Assembly (NCBI RefSeq): GCF_964188315.1
Contig: NC_135655.1
Coordinates: 53,878,001 to 53,942,000 of the forward strand
Direction: 5' to 3'
Length of the DNA stretch: 64,000 nt
Origin: Podarcis muralis
Lineage: Eukaryota
Shown piece by piece: positions 44,565 to 58,636 of the stretch. The position numbers were made by a program, and so were the translations under genes. Each line of letters starts with the position of its first letter. Positions within the stretch are counted from its first letter, which is position 1. The notes under the pieces were generated by a model, which made no database searches, was not told the DNA's origin, and saw only the letters and a list, made by a program, of their open reading frames with translations.

Positions 44565-47500
44565 AAGCCCAGAGCTTTTAAATAATTGCTTCCTTTTTCT
44601 TTATTTGCTGGTGTTGTTATTGACTAAAGTATCTCATGATATGCATTAAAATAAATCATTTCTAAAAAATTATGTCCCTGTTTCTTACTGGACTTCTCCC
44701 TCTGCCACACCAGCACATGCACACATGGACAATTAATTTAGAGATAATTGTTAACTGAGGATACATTCTTAAGCATTCTGGATAACTTTTCATGTAAGCC
44801 TAGTATTTTGAAGTTCCACAAGCTCTCCTGCATCTTTGGTTCAGGTCAGGCATGGGGAACCCCAGGGCCCAAATGTGGCCCTCCAAGCCTCTTTATCTGG
44901 CCCTTTGGACTCTCTCCAGGCCACACTCTCTCTCTTCAGGCAATGGCCCTCAACAGCCCCACTTCACATTCTTCTTAAGTGTTGTTGCCAGGTTGGAATG
45001 TGCCATTGAACCCTTGTAATGCTTCTTGAATGGCTGGACAGAGGATAGAGAAGGGTGTGAGAGTGTGCCAACTGTGTAAACCTAACATTTACATTTGTTC
45101 CTCCACCCACTTTGGCCCACAGCTAGTATGTGCCCTGCAGGAGGGTGCCCAGAAGAGAGCGAAGCCCTCCTGATAGGACTGGTAACAAGGATTGGGTACC
45201 CCAGACAGGGGGTTCTTACCATCCAGTCTTTTGGAAGTTAGTTGTGAAAAGGTGCTTCACTGAAGGTATTATGATGCTTTTATGCTGCTTTTCACCCCTC
45301 TGGGAGGGTACAGATCCAATGCAAAAAGTAAGTCAACTCATGTGCAAGAACTCCAGTATGAAAGTGATCAAGGCAAACAGTTTTCCTGCAGGCTGGGAGG
45401 TTTGTATATGACTAAGCAAACATAATAGACATTTTCTGCACACAGGTTAAGAGGAGATGCCCAGAAAGTGTACCCTATTTTATATTATATCTGTATGTTG
45501 TGTTCTTTCAGTTAAATTATGATACATTTAATCCCAGCTGTTGGCATTCCTCTCCTTCTTCACCTCATCTAGAAAGAGATATTTATCAGTCAGGATGGGA
45601 CATTCTAAAAATCCTGATGGTGAGCAAATTTGCATGGATTTCCCTCCCCCCCTAATTCCAGTCTTGCTCCTTGAACTTGGTTTAACACAACTTAACACAA
45701 GGTGCTCTCCCCACCCCAATTGGTTCCAATTAAATGCAAACTATTGGAACAATGTGCTCAATTATTGTACATATGCAGAAGTGGGGAGGGGTTAAAATGG
45801 TCAACCACTTTCCACTTTCTTTGTAAAGTAAGTGGAGTTAGCAAAAACTGCTATGTATCTCTAGTGGGCCAAGTAGGCGACTGGTTGCCATAGAAACTAA
45901 TGGCTAGAAAGAGAGCAGGAGATGGCATGACTCCCCAATGCCTTCTCTGGATTCCTTGCAGATACATCCACTTCATTTCTACTTCTCACCCAGTCCCCCC
46001 TCAATCTCTCCCACTGCATTTAGGATGGAAGGGTTGGTTTTGGATGTTCATGCTCAGTAAGAGAGCAAAACTGAGTAGAAATTTATATACTTATTTATTC
46101 CAAAATTTATATACTTATTCATTGTTTGCATGAGAGAGAGAATGTTTTGAGTATGGAGATCCTCCTCTGTGATTAGCCCACCACTGCCTTCCCTTGTTTG
46201 TCCCCAGGCAAAATTATCTCTCAGGCAATGTGTGTAAAATATGTACAATTACAAAAGGTAGGAAAAATACAGTTGCCATTAATGTAATACAGCATTCCTG
46301 AAGGGCTTTATAGGTGAAAACTGGCAACACCAACACAGTAAACAATATTTGTTGTGGCCACCATTATCCCTAGTCTGTGCTGCAACAATACTAGTTTTGA
46401 GAATTTTCAGCTCGCACTAAAAAGTAATAGGAGGGAAAGGGATGAAGGTGCTGCTGAGAGTACTTATAAATTATTTGAATGAGGCCTTTGCCAAAGATGT
46501 TTTAAAACTCAACAATAGTGATCAGCACGTTTCTAGTTTAGTGAAATACCTTGTTAGTATACTAGGAATAATAGAAAGTGTCTGACCCTTGAGACTTCCA
46601 TGTGCCATAGTATAGAAAGTAAATGCAATTCATTAGCAACTATATGTTTAAAATGTGACATTAAAGAGTGGTGCTGCATGTTAAGATAATGGGATTTGGA
46701 AAGCAATCAGGCAAGTAAGCCAGTGATGGAATGTGGGTTTATATGTAGGGAAGGCTTATTAAGTTCTACAAAATAAATAGGTGGCTTTCTATGAAAGTGA
46801 GTTCTGAAAAGCTATGAAGACCCATGACAGTTACCAGAACATGCTTGAACTCTGTTGATCAAGGTCACTTCCAATATTTATATGCAAGAAAGGGCTAGTG
46901 AAAAGGGTTGATATACTACTGGGCAGTCAGAGGCTTAATACAACTGGTCAACTATGAACTATAGTACATTTCAGATATAGTGTGCTGCTCAGAAATGAAC
47001 ATGTCTATCCAGCCTTTGATACACAAACTTTGAAAATATAATCAAACTTGACTTCAGGTTGATTCTTTTGTTAGAAGAGGTGGCCATCCCAAGCTTCAGT
47101 ACCAGATTTAGGGGTATAATGTTCCTGTAGAGCTGGATCCCAGATAGCCAGCATATACAAATACCAGAACCACACTTGCTGCAGAAGCTTATTTTAGCAG
47201 TTTCTTATACTTTTAGAGCAGAATGGAATGGAGTCACAAGAAAGTAGGATCTGTGCTACTCCTTCAATAAAGGAATCAGTTCTTTCTTTGCTACATTTGT
47301 CTCAACCATTCCAAATGCTAAAAAGACAAGATTCTGTTCACATTAAATAGCAGTTTATTTCATTAGCAATGGAAGCTGCCACACCCAGAGTCACCAAAGT
47401 TCCAGATTCTTGAACTCTTGCCCAGGCTAAATCTTTTACTGAGTAACTCAAGTAATTCAAGTATGGGTTTTGAGCAGAACCCTTAGTTTATATATCCAGA

Positions 47501-49463
47501 CTTTCTATATACAAGCTGTAGATTCCAGATTCCAGGAATGTGACCCTCAAAAGAACAAGAAAAAAGTTTTGATTGAGATAGAATGCTACAGCGCAAGGTC
47601 ATTTTTGTTTTGTATCATGGACTATGGGGCTAATTTGTGGATTAGTTTTCAACTGTGTCTGCATCTTGTTCTAACCTTAACAACACAAAAGGGTTCAATA
47701 GTTGCCAGTATATCTCTGATAGAAAAGTATTTGTTAATGGCTTCCATCCAGTTTTGTTAACACAGACTGCTTTCCAGAGCAAGCCCTTGTTAGCTCTCAA
47801 ACACAAAGTTACATACCTTCAGTGCAGATTTGTGCTAGGTTACAATTGAAAATAATGGTGTGAGTTTCAAGTGCTTGGCTGCACTTGTAGTTGGATAAGT
47901 TGTTTGAGGCACATATTTTATCATAGCACAGGAAATGTAAAACACAATGTTGTAAGCAGAGACAGTGTGTACCTAGGAAAACAACAGGAGATGTACTAGC
48001 TTTTAAAATTAGAGCTGTGTCAAAACATGACTTCTCAAAGTATTCTTCCATTTTTTCCACCTCTTTGCAGGGTGCTTTAGAATTTATTTTAAAATTCAGT
48101 GGATGTGGGATTGTGCTCTCTTTATCATTGTGAGGTAGCCATGGGTGGTGGGTGAGTATGATCTGAAAACCCCCTACAGAAAGAACTACCACATAATGTC
48201 TTTTCCAGGGTTTCATTTAAGGTATGGGAAGCTGAGGAGGATGTCTATTAATTTTCTGAGATTGACATGTGTGGCAATTTTGGTTTTAATAATTTTTAAA
48301 TATATTATATACGGTAAATAACAATGGCCAACAGTCATGCAGATGTTAGGCGGAATCCCTGCCTTCTTCATTTACAGGAAAGCCCTGACAATATCCTGGA
48401 TATTTTAGCTAGCATGGGCACCTGTGAAGGCTGCAGAGTGCAAACCACCAGAAATATGATTTTCAGAATGAAAGGAGGGACACGTTTGCCACCTTTAAAG
48501 TAAGCAAAGGCACCACAAAAAACCTGCACCCCACTTATGCGCATTTCTCCAAAATCTTCTGTCCCTTTTGATCTTTTTCAAATGAAAGTTGTTTTCTCAT
48601 TCATTGGTGGAGAATGGTTGGGAAAAGATGCAGATTACATTTTTTTTTGGAATTTCACTGTTTAAAATGGAAGGAAAAGAGGCGGAATACACTTTATAAA
48701 GAAATCTTGGACTTCCTTCTGGCATCCTATGTAATGCTTGTTATTTGATTCTCTGTGACTTAGACCTTCATGAATTAATATCGCCAGTGCAGTACTATGC
48801 TCACGAAGAAAAATCACATAGCCTCCCTCTCTGTCACACACACGCTGCCACAATTCCAGTCTCAGCTTTGGACTAGAAAAGTGAAGTGAATGTAGCTGAA
48901 ATAGAAAAATCCCTTACATCTCCATGTTGAAAGCTGCTAGGGATTCCCATGGCATTTTTAAAAAGCATTTTGGCTTCCTTGATGCTAGTATTCAGTGCTT
49001 GGAATACATTTTTCTCCAATGCACTGAATGTGCTTGTTAGGGCCTTTAATACTCTTACCAGGCTCAGTGTGTCTGAAAGTTTGGAAAGGTATGGAAAGAA
49101 AGCAGCCCACTGACAAATATGTAGACAACCACTTGCAAGTGTCTTGTGTTTTCAGTTGCTGCTTCTATGAAAACTCCAAGTAGATAATTTTATATTAGTC
49201 TTATTAACTGCATGCATTTTATTTTCAGGAAATAATTTGTTATCTTGGCAATTTTGACATTCCCAGTTATGTGTCTGCAGATGTTTCTGCAGGATTCACA
49301 TCTTGGGGCTTCAAGCCACATTTTGCAGGGGATATAGATATATTTCCTCGAGGTCATACTTGCAGGGCAGCCTTCACTGACCTGATGCTCTCTGCATATC
49401 TTGCATAACAACTCACATCTGTCCAGGTCAGCATATTTGTCTTAGGGAGAGCAGCACCCAAAC

Positions 49464-49784
49464 CAGGGCCAGATTTAGGTTTGATGAGGCCCTCAGCTAC
49501 TGAAGGTAATGGGGCCCTTTATATGTCCAGCTGTCCTTTGTCAACAACAAATTGTCACTGGTTTTTGTGTTGAATATATGCTATATAGTAATTTATGGAC
49601 CTAATATGTATCTAAAGCCATTTGCACATAACAAAATATGTATTTTATCAAAGTAATTGTTGAACTTATCTTATATTTTGGAAATGTACCGCCAGTTTTT
49701 TTTTCCTTTAATTTTTTTGGGGGGGCCCAAGAGAGTGGGGCCCTAAGCTATAGCCTGTTTAGCTTATACATAAATCCAGCACTG
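49464..49784 (+). mobile_element. Non-autonomous hAT element, copy 1
   Basis: TIR CAGGGCCAGATTTA/TAAATCCAGCACTG; 8-bp TSD ACCCAAAC/ATCCAAAC. Confidence 0.85.
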
Positions 49785-50079
49785 ATCCAAACCACAATCT
49801 ATTGTTCATCATATGCGTCCGGTGTCAATGTTTATATCATCTTTGCTGAAAGAAGATGTCTGAGTATGGATGTCAAATTACCCTTTTTGTAGGACTATCC
49901 ACCCACAAAAGTAGGGAGGGAATTTTGACTTGTTTCATAGGGAAGAATCGGATTCCTAGGATGTTGGGGACAGATGTCGTACCTTACATTACAGATGAAG
50001 TGTTGAGGGTAGGGTTTTTATTTGAGTAACCTTTTTTCAAAATCTTGCAACCACTGTTTGCAGCTGGCAGGATGCTATG

Positions 50080-50407
50080 TCTCCACAGCCTTCTGAGTTC
50101 CTTCAGTCATGTTTCTCTTCCTGTGCCAGTCAGATTCCCATGGAAAACGTCCTCAATAGTACTGCTTCCTTAGTGATTGCCAAAGAAAAAGGAACACAGC
50201 CTCAGAAGTGTCTCAGAAGGCTGTAGAGATGGGGAGTCCCACTTCATGGTGGGCAAGACTCTTTTTACACAGCCTTCTAAATTCCTTCTGGCTGTGTTCC
50301 TCATTCTGTGCCAGATCACCATGGAAATAACACTATATACCATTGTTACCATGGGGATCTGATTGGCACAGAAAGAGGAACACAGCCAGAAGGATTTCAG
50401 AAAACTG
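50080..50407. repeat. Two tandem related long palindromes (about 150 and 138 bp)
   Basis: 50080-50229 and 50270-50407 each fold back on themselves and share CAGCCTTCT..TTCCTTC..TGTGCCA..CCATGG arms. Confidence 0.7.
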
Positions 50408-52629
50408 CAGAGTCTCATTGTCCACAATCAGCAGCCAGTGAGGCCTTTGCTTTTAATGTGAAAAATGGGGGGGGGGGTAGCTTTCTGTTACCTTGTCTGT
50501 GAAGCTGAAATCCTCATTTCAATCCTCATAAATTACTTCTGCCCCATTCTAATTTTAGGGAAATTTTCTTTTCACCACTCCTTTTTCCTATGAATGCTCT
50601 GAACCAGTTCATCCAAAAATAGGGGTGGAAGTTCTAAGCAAGACACAATCTCTCTAACTTTTTATTTAAGTTCTGTAAAGGAGAATAACATCAGAATAAA
50701 CACACCTTGTTTCCTCCATTGCAGTTGTATAGTGTTAGTGTATCAAGATTTGTGCTAGTGGAAATGTTACCAATATTGCTAGTTTTATTGCAGTATGCAT
50801 TATCTTTCAATGGGTCTTAATCATAGGAATTTATGCCTAGGATTGAAACCTTAATGTGGGAGACAAAGATTTAAAGATTTTCCATAGAATCTAATAGAAC
50901 ATTGGGGTGAGAGTAGAACTCTGAAACAGTGAAATTACCACTATTAAAACTTGTTTGGGGGGCTACTTTCATAAACCTGGGATAGGAAACCTTTAACCCT
51001 CCATATATTGTTAGATTACATTCCCAACAATTCCTGACCTTTGGCCATGGTGGCTAGGGCTGATGGGAGTCCACTGACATCTGAAGGGCCACACCTTTCC
51101 AATACTTGTGTAACGGCTGCATTCTTGTACTTTCTGTTCTATCCTGTAGACCTCAGTCCTGCTCCAGCATGTAAAAATTTCAACCTCTTAATTTACCCTG
51201 TTTGTGCTATCTGAGGTGATAGGTTCTCCTACTTAGCAAGTTATCAGAGAAACCTAAAGCCTGGAAATACTTGAAAGTCAGAGATAATTCATGGTAATTT
51301 GAAGATTCGGGTGCTCTCTTTGTGTGATAACAGTCTGATCACATGGCATGTGAGTTTCCTTTACTGGCTAGCTTTATAGTCTATTATGGGGCAGAGAGCT
51401 AACTTCAAATGGAGAAAATCCTGTGTAATAAGTGCAATGTAGTCGGAAATTCTATCAGATTTTCAGTCTATCAGATAGTAAGTGGTGAGCAGGGGAAGAA
51501 TATTTCGTAATAATTGTTGACAGTCTCCTTCCCCTTGCAGTTTCGCAATGGTCTGACCTGTCCTAAGCAAGAACCTTTGAGGCAGAGTCTCAGCACCTTG
51601 GACAGCTCCATGTGCACAGCTCCTTTTGACAACAGCTGAAGGATTGCCGATGGTCTTAAATTCCTCCAGCTAGATTACCAGTTCTTAGTTCAAGCCCATG
51701 CCTGAAGAGTGTGACCTTTTAAAAGGGCAAGCCAATTCACTTCTGTGGCTTTTTGCCTGTTACTTGGAGCTCAGGGGAAGTCTTCGGTGGTGGCCCACAT
51801 CTGAAGCCCACAGGTTCATGACCATCCTTTCAGAATGGAGAACCTGGTCCAATTTCTCAGACAATTTCTCACGGGCTGATCCACCTCTGTCTCTGAGCAT
51901 TGGCTGTTGTTTGAGGCTAGGGCCATGACAAGGCACAATTTCAAATTTGCTGAAAGTGTGTGTGTGGAGGCGAATAATAATTAAGTAAAAATGGCATTTA
52001 GATCATAAATTAAATTAAATTAAATTACAATCTATGTCAGTGAACAAATTTTTAGCAGGGTAGTGACCTAGGGAGTAGGTAGTGACTGCATTTCTTTCAT
52101 AAGCAATTACAATAGAACATAAGGAGCCGCCTTATACTGTGTCGCACCAATGTTCCATCAACTTCAGCATTGCCTCCCAGCCCTACCTGCGACCTTCTGC
52201 ATACATAACAGTTGCTCCACCACTGAGCTATGACCGTTCCCTATAAATTTGTATGCAGCTGTGTGTGTACACTCACAAACACACACACATTACTAGATTG
52301 GTAAAACATTCACAAGCCTTGATTGCATATAGATAGCTATCTGTAGTGGCTTTAATATTATTAAGTTTGTTAACAAATGTAGCTATCACAATTGAAACAT
52401 TACTCAGCATGTCATCCACATTTATCTTTTTATTGCAAGGGATTACTAATACATTTCATTCAAAAATGTAACAAAGGAAGTCTATTTTTAATATAAAAAT
52501 GTATATTTGCTTCATCTATCTTCTTTTAAGTATATGCAAGTCAATTTGAGTGTGCTTGCTGCTTTATATAGCTAAAAATATCTTTTCTTTTTAATATTGC
52601 TCATATTACTTTTTTCTGGAGTGTACGGG

Positions 52630-53175
52630 GTGTTAGGGGAGGGGTAGTACCTCTGGTGGGGTACATATAATGCTCCTTCTGGGGTTATACCCCAGGAAAC
52701 AGCTAAACCAAGTGAGGGTCTCAAATCTTTGGTGAGTTAGCGACTTCCCCTGCGTACAAAGACAGGCTCTGGTGGATTGAGCAGACAATTCCAATAGTGG
52801 ATCATGAAGGTGGTTTCTGCACGTACTGTAGAGGGAAGTGAGGGGAAGATGGGGCTCATCAACCTGGGAAGGTAGTCCATCTAAGAGAATGAAAACTTTG
52901 ATCCTTAACCTCTGCTGCCTTGCGGGAGAATAAAAGGCTAAGGAGTAAACCTTACACAAATCCAGAGTAGAGTCCCTAAGAGGGTTGGATGGCATCTTGT
53001 ACACCTCTTTCCTGCAACTCCTGAAGCCAAGCTGGTGACAAACGTATTACTCTGCTTTCCTTGGACAACATCAGCAAGGCCGTGTGTGTGTGTGTCTTGT
53101 CTTGTGGGCAGCCCATGACCCCCATACACACTACCCTGGTTTGCGCCCTGGGAGGTCACTTTGGTGCTGATAACA
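52630..53175 (+). mobile_element. RTE-clade-like LINE 5' segment or derived non-autonomous repeat
   Basis: CCTGGGAAGGTAGTCCATCTAAGAGAA.GAAAACT.TGATCCTTAACCTC motif; second partial copy at 5725-5975. Confidence 0.45.
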
Positions 53176-54225
53176 CAGTAGTTTCACTTCACTCCTGGAG
53201 GCTCACTCCATTGTCTTTCAAGACAGGGGGATACCAACTATTTTTTACCCAATATATAGCAGTTAGACCTCTTGGCATGTCAGTTTCTTTCTGCCCAGTG
53301 AATATGTCTCCTCTAGAATGCCAGAAAGAGTGGTATAAATTCCTACAATGATTTCATCCTGAGGACTGGTATTCAGGGGAAGCCAGTGACAACTGTGACA
53401 GCCCAAACTCATACTACTATATTGAAGACCTAGGATACCTTAAGAGCTGGTGTGGGGTAGTAGAACTGCCTTCCTGATGCCAGCATTATTGCATATTACC
53501 TAGAAAAGGCAGGGCTGGGAGGTGATGAGGTCAGATCCATGCAGATAGTTGCACCTGTGGAGCCAGCCTCAGGCTCCTGCCAGTGCATCTACACAACCTT
53601 GGCCTTGTTGCAGGTAATTTGCAGCAACACCAATGTTGGGAAAGCAGGTTTGCTCCACCTGCCCGCCATTACTGGCTATGAGACAGGCTTGTAACATGTT
53701 TGTAACTTGCCCAAGGCACTTCTGGCAGGATGGCAAGTCAGTGATTGTCTAAGACTACCCATTTCTTTGTTTCAGAGGAAAGAAGTTTAAAAATGGGAAG
53801 TGGCAAGGCTCTAAACTGGCTGACACCCCCAGATCTCTGTTCGTTGGAATTAACTAACACTAGGTTCACTTTTATGCTTGGTGACTGACTGCTCAAAGAC
53901 CCAGGGTACTAAAATCATTAAACCAGAAATCTGTAGCATGTTGAACCCATTAGATTAGGATCACATCATACAGATGGCTGCATCACTCCTGCACTTACTT
54001 CAACAGGCCTACTCATACTAAGGTTTGCAGCAACCTTAGTCATGCATCATGTAACTGATGCAAGGAAGGCTGTTGAATAATCTGTTTTGAAGGATTACAA
54101 CAGATGCACCCCAGCCGCATCTCCCTAAATTAATATAATTGTATCAGACTATGTTAAGTATCCTAGCAGATTATTATGGGGTTATTGACACAAAAGTGAT
54201 TGCTAATTGAGTTCTATACAGAACA

Positions 54226-54593
54226 GGGACGCGGGTGGCGCAGGGACGCAGGTGACACTTTGGGTTAAATCACAGAGCCTAGGACTTGCCGATTAGAAGG
54301 TTGGCGGTTTGAATCCTCGCAACGGGGTGAGCTCCTGTTGCTCGGTCCCTGCTCCTGCCAACCTAGCAGTTCAAAAGCACGTCAAAGTAAAAGTAGATAA
54401 ATAGGTACCACTCTGGCGGGAAGGTAAATGCCGTTTCCGTGCGCTGCTCTGGTTCACCAGAAGCGGCTTAGTCATGCTGGCCACATGACCTGTATGCTGG
54501 CTCCCTCGGCCAATAAAGCGAGATGAGCGGCGCAACCCCAGAGTCGGCCATGACTGAACCTAATGGTCAGGGGTCCCTTTACCTTTACTTTTA
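54226..54593 (+). mobile_element. Sauria SINE with duplicated 5' head
   Basis: GGGACGCGGGTGGCG-CAGGGACGCAGGTGAC head, conserved body, CCCTTTACCTTTAC tail. Confidence 0.9.
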
Positions 54594-54863
54594 CAGAACA
54601 TTTGCTACTTTCTTTCTCTAAGTTATTTATACACTGCTTTATTACCAAAGTTCCATACACCTTTGAGGTTTTTGTTTTTGTTTTAAAGTAAACTTTCCAG
54701 TAAAATATTGTGCTTGTGCTGATCTGAAATTCATTTCAGGCTTTGGACAAATGTGTTAGTTCTGATAACAGCACTGCTGGAAGACGACTCCACAGCTGAT
54801 GTCCTCTGTGTCATATAAAACAATATAAAAATTGTCCCATCTGTGTCCTTTTCTATGGCTCAC

Positions 54864-54979
54864 AAGCTTAGTTGGGGAAAGCTGTTGGAAGTAAACAAAG
54901 TGAGCTGTTTCAATAGGCTGACTAATGATCCCCACTCCACAATGACCCAGTATCTCAACATTTGGAGTATGCCTTTGCT
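54864..54979 (-). other. Candidate exon (116 nt), gene unknown
   Basis: Acceptor CATTTTCCTGTTCAG| and donor |GTGAGC; two frames open; no recognisable protein. Confidence 0.2.
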
Positions 54980-56586
54980 CTGAACAGGAAAATGAATGCA
55001 TACAGAAGTCCAGGAGTTCAAAGGCCAATGGATTAGCCTAATCTCAATACGCCTCAATTTGTCTAAACCCTTGATTTATTGCCTTTCATGAAAAGGTCAG
55101 AATCAGCTAGGCTTCTCATTGTGGTCCAGCTCTCTGTTCCTGAGCACTTTCAAGCTTTTTTGGTGTAAGCTCCAGCCACAGTGGGCTTATTTTATCAAAT
55201 GACTGTGACTATTTAAAAACGAGTTATACTCTGTGGAGTGCTCTGACAATGTGGGTAATAAGTAGAGGAAGCTTTTGAAGGTTAAAGGGAAATGTTTGGG
55301 GAAAGTTAATCTGGTTAGCAGGGGACAAAGAGCCATCTGCAGCATGCTCTGTTCATAGGAAAGATAGCCAAATATTTCTTCCCCATCAGAGCCTTTCTAG
55401 AGGATCATTTTATAGCACAATTAATGCGCACTTTCTGCACACTGTTGGGGGAGATCAAGTTATCTTTTCAGAAGGTAGAAGTGCTTCTGTTTATTGTCTT
55501 TCTCAGCACTCACAGTACTTTATCTTTCCTGAGCTGGGAAACCGTCAAAAGCAATTGTTAGTGCTGTATAGAATAAGCTTGTGCAAACGTAATGAACAGT
55601 ATGTCCAGTAAGTAGTCTTTGACACCACAAATGATGAGTGGCACAACCACCATTACTATGTTTCTTTTTTGCTTCCTTTTTTTACTACTTAGAGAGTGAC
55701 ATTTCCCCCTATTGTATCTTGACAGCTTTTTTAAAAACAAAGCTGTGAAACTGAGCAAGGCTGTCTCCCAATCTGTGGAAGTACCCTACCAGCTGGTGAA
55801 CTGTTCCTGCATCCCATTTCTCCATTTTATACATTCTTCAAAGTCTACTTGCTCCTCTGCTTCAGTTCTGAAGCACACAGTAGCCACAGTCCAACACATG
55901 TGCTTGGCATCTGAAGCCTGTTGAAATCAGCTGTTTTAAACATGCCCAATGTTATTTTGGATCGTAACTCAAAAACGTCAGCTACAGCTATGGTTCACCT
56001 TCACAACACACAGCCATCCCTACTTTCTCTTTCTCCATATCACCATATCTATGCCTTGCCCAGCACAGTTATGCACATCCAATATGAGGGGTACACAGTA
56101 ACACACCACTTATTTGAAATAGGGTTATTTTGAATGTAGCTCTAAAGAAAGAAGCCTCAATCCAAAACAGAGTTATATTTATGATTTAAGCATGCCTAAC
56201 TGTTGCGGTGGATTTTGCTCAAAATGTGAGATTTTGAATTATTTGAATTCTTTGATAATCATATTTGTGGCTGGAGTTATTTTCAAGGTAACTCGCACAG
56301 TTAAACCAATAGCAATGGGAAGGTTGTTGGTTAGGAGGACGAATTTGTGAACTTTGGTTTTCCAAGTTTCTCATATTTACAGTCTTGTTCATTCTCCACT
56401 TCTACACATCAATTTGTGATTTCTTTTTTTAAAAAAAAATCATCGTGAAAATTCATTGTCGTTTTAGTATGAATTCCTCCTAATATATACCATTTTGATC
56501 AGTTTTCTGAATAAATAAACATACACACCACTGCCACGACTACCACAACCCACATTTTTGCACATATTCACTAATGCACTGTTGCC

Positions 56587-56587
<1 letters not shown>

Positions 56588-56623
<36 letters not shown>
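56588..56623. repeat. (AAT)n microsatellite
   Basis: Pure AAT run. Confidence 0.95.
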
Positions 56624-56624
<1 letters not shown>

Positions 56625-57746
56625 TGTGTCCTTTTCTTGAATATACACATTATGCATGGTTTCTGGTTATGGAAGGTTGGCTTTCAAACCACTTCTATTC
56701 TTTGGTCCATATATTCTTTCAGGTTGTATGGAATGGTTAAGTTCTCATTAAAATGATAGCAGACTGGATTTCTGCCTCATCCCTACTGGCAAAAACAAAT
56801 GTATAGAGGGAGAGTCTAACAGCTCAGTATTTTTCTAATTCTGTCGCCCCAACTTCAGCTATTGCCTCAGTATTCTTCAATACTTCCATCCTTTGGGAAG
56901 CTGGACAAATTTGCTATCACTGAGCGGTGAGTCAGCCAAAGTTAAGTATTCCCTAACATTTTCTAAAACACTTCAGGTTCCAAAATTTGGAGCCCGAAAC
57001 CCTTAAGGGGCTGGTACCAATGTTAGGCATATTTCAAATAGGATGAAACAGTAATTCTAAATGAATAACATAAATTAATAAAAAATTGTACTGCAGCAGA
57101 AGCTTTCTATACTATTTGGGGTAGCTTTCTTATTCTACAAAGCCATTTAAAAATTTCATTGCCTCCCTATGTGACTAATTATTTTTTATTTCCCTGGCTG
57201 AAGCCCAGTGTAGTGTACCCATTCAAAGTCTATGTGAAGTAACTAAAATATGCTATGCAAACTTCTTTGTAATGCTAAACTTCTGGCAAAGGGACTTTAA
57301 AATACCTTTTGGGTGCTCTGCAGGTGCCTGTTTAATATGCAAAAATGTTGACTTGCTTAGGTCTGTATATATTTATTTAGAGCATCATTCTGCCAATGTA
57401 AGCCCCTTTGCTTTGGCATGCGCTTTGTTATCTCTTATCAAAGTTAAGAGGATTTAATGGTGCTTTCTCTAGATCACACCTCCATTCATTCATGTGATTT
57501 CAAACCACATGGGCAAAATATCATTGTGACATACATCTGTTTCTTGACAGTGGGTCTAGGGCCATACATCCTGGTTTTCCTAGACATATATGGGATTCCA
57601 CTCCTGAAAATGGCATCCAGAAGGAATTTTTGGAACTTGGCAAAATGTCAATGGAAACCTGGGCACATTGTAACGGGGGTGATTTCTTGCTGAAATCATT
57701 ATTTCTTTCATAGCCGCCTCGCTCCCCAGTGCCCTCCATTGTTGCA

Positions 57747-57750
<4 letters not shown>

Positions 57751-57805
<55 letters not shown>

Positions 57806-57850
57806 CCTCCCTCCCTCCCTTCTATTCTCCCTCCCTCCCTTCTCCTCTCT
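57751..57850. repeat. (CT)n plus (CCCT)n polypyrimidine tract
   Basis: About 26 CT units followed by CCCT repeats. Confidence 0.95.
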
Positions 57851-58636
57851 CTTTCTCAGTGCAGGGCTTCTCACACAGCCCCTTCACCACCTTCCCAGGC
57901 GCCAGCAACCCTAAGGGAAGTGGTGAGCGACAGAGGTGAGCGATGGTAACGGTGGTGTGTCCGGGTTTTTGCTCTTTGGAATATTATGACCCTACAGTCA
58001 GTCACCCCATCCACCTTTCACATTTGACCCTCAGTGTGTGGGGAGATAGATTGATGTTTCCTCTCTTGGTATAAGCCATCCTGACTAGTAGCCATTGATA
58101 TCCCTCCATCTAAATTGGGGGCAATCACCACATATTGTGGAAGTACCACCACATCCCATAGAAGCAAATATAATACTGCATAACTGTGCACTTTGTGAAG
58201 AAGTACTTCTTTTCTGTGGTGAACATCTCACCCTTCTGCTTTATAGGATGACTCTAAGGTTATTATTAGCCACATAGCAATTGGAAATAAGTACCTAAAG
58301 CAACCTGCCGTGTATACAGCTGAAACGAGATGTGAACTAAGGACTGTCTGTGTACATGCTCTTTCCCTCTTTAAGACAAAGCTCAAGTTAATATGTGATC
58401 TGAAAGATAGAAGGAGATCTGCCCACTTTCTCCATTCTCCTCAGCAAAAGAAAGTTTACAAGCATAAGGTGTGGGGGGTGTCAGCGTGGGTAGGAGCATC
58501 ATAAGCATATGTCTGAGGGGAGGAATTACTCAATGGCAATTTATTTGTTTTGATTCGTGGGGGCGTGGTTGGGGAACATGCAGTAGAATTAGGAAATGGC
58601 TTTATATGAAGTCAGGCCATTGGTTCATTTAGTTCA

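Noticed and set aside
48071-48151. Plus-strand exon-like segment with GCCATGG Kozak context and GTGAGT donor
   Set aside because: Nearby downstream candidates (49229, 51541) hit immediate stops in the required phase.
51541-51649. Possible plus-strand terminal exon (FRNGLTCPKQEPLRQSLSTLDSSMCTAPFDNS*)
   Set aside because: Good acceptor, but the peptide is unrecognised and no phase-compatible upstream exon was found.
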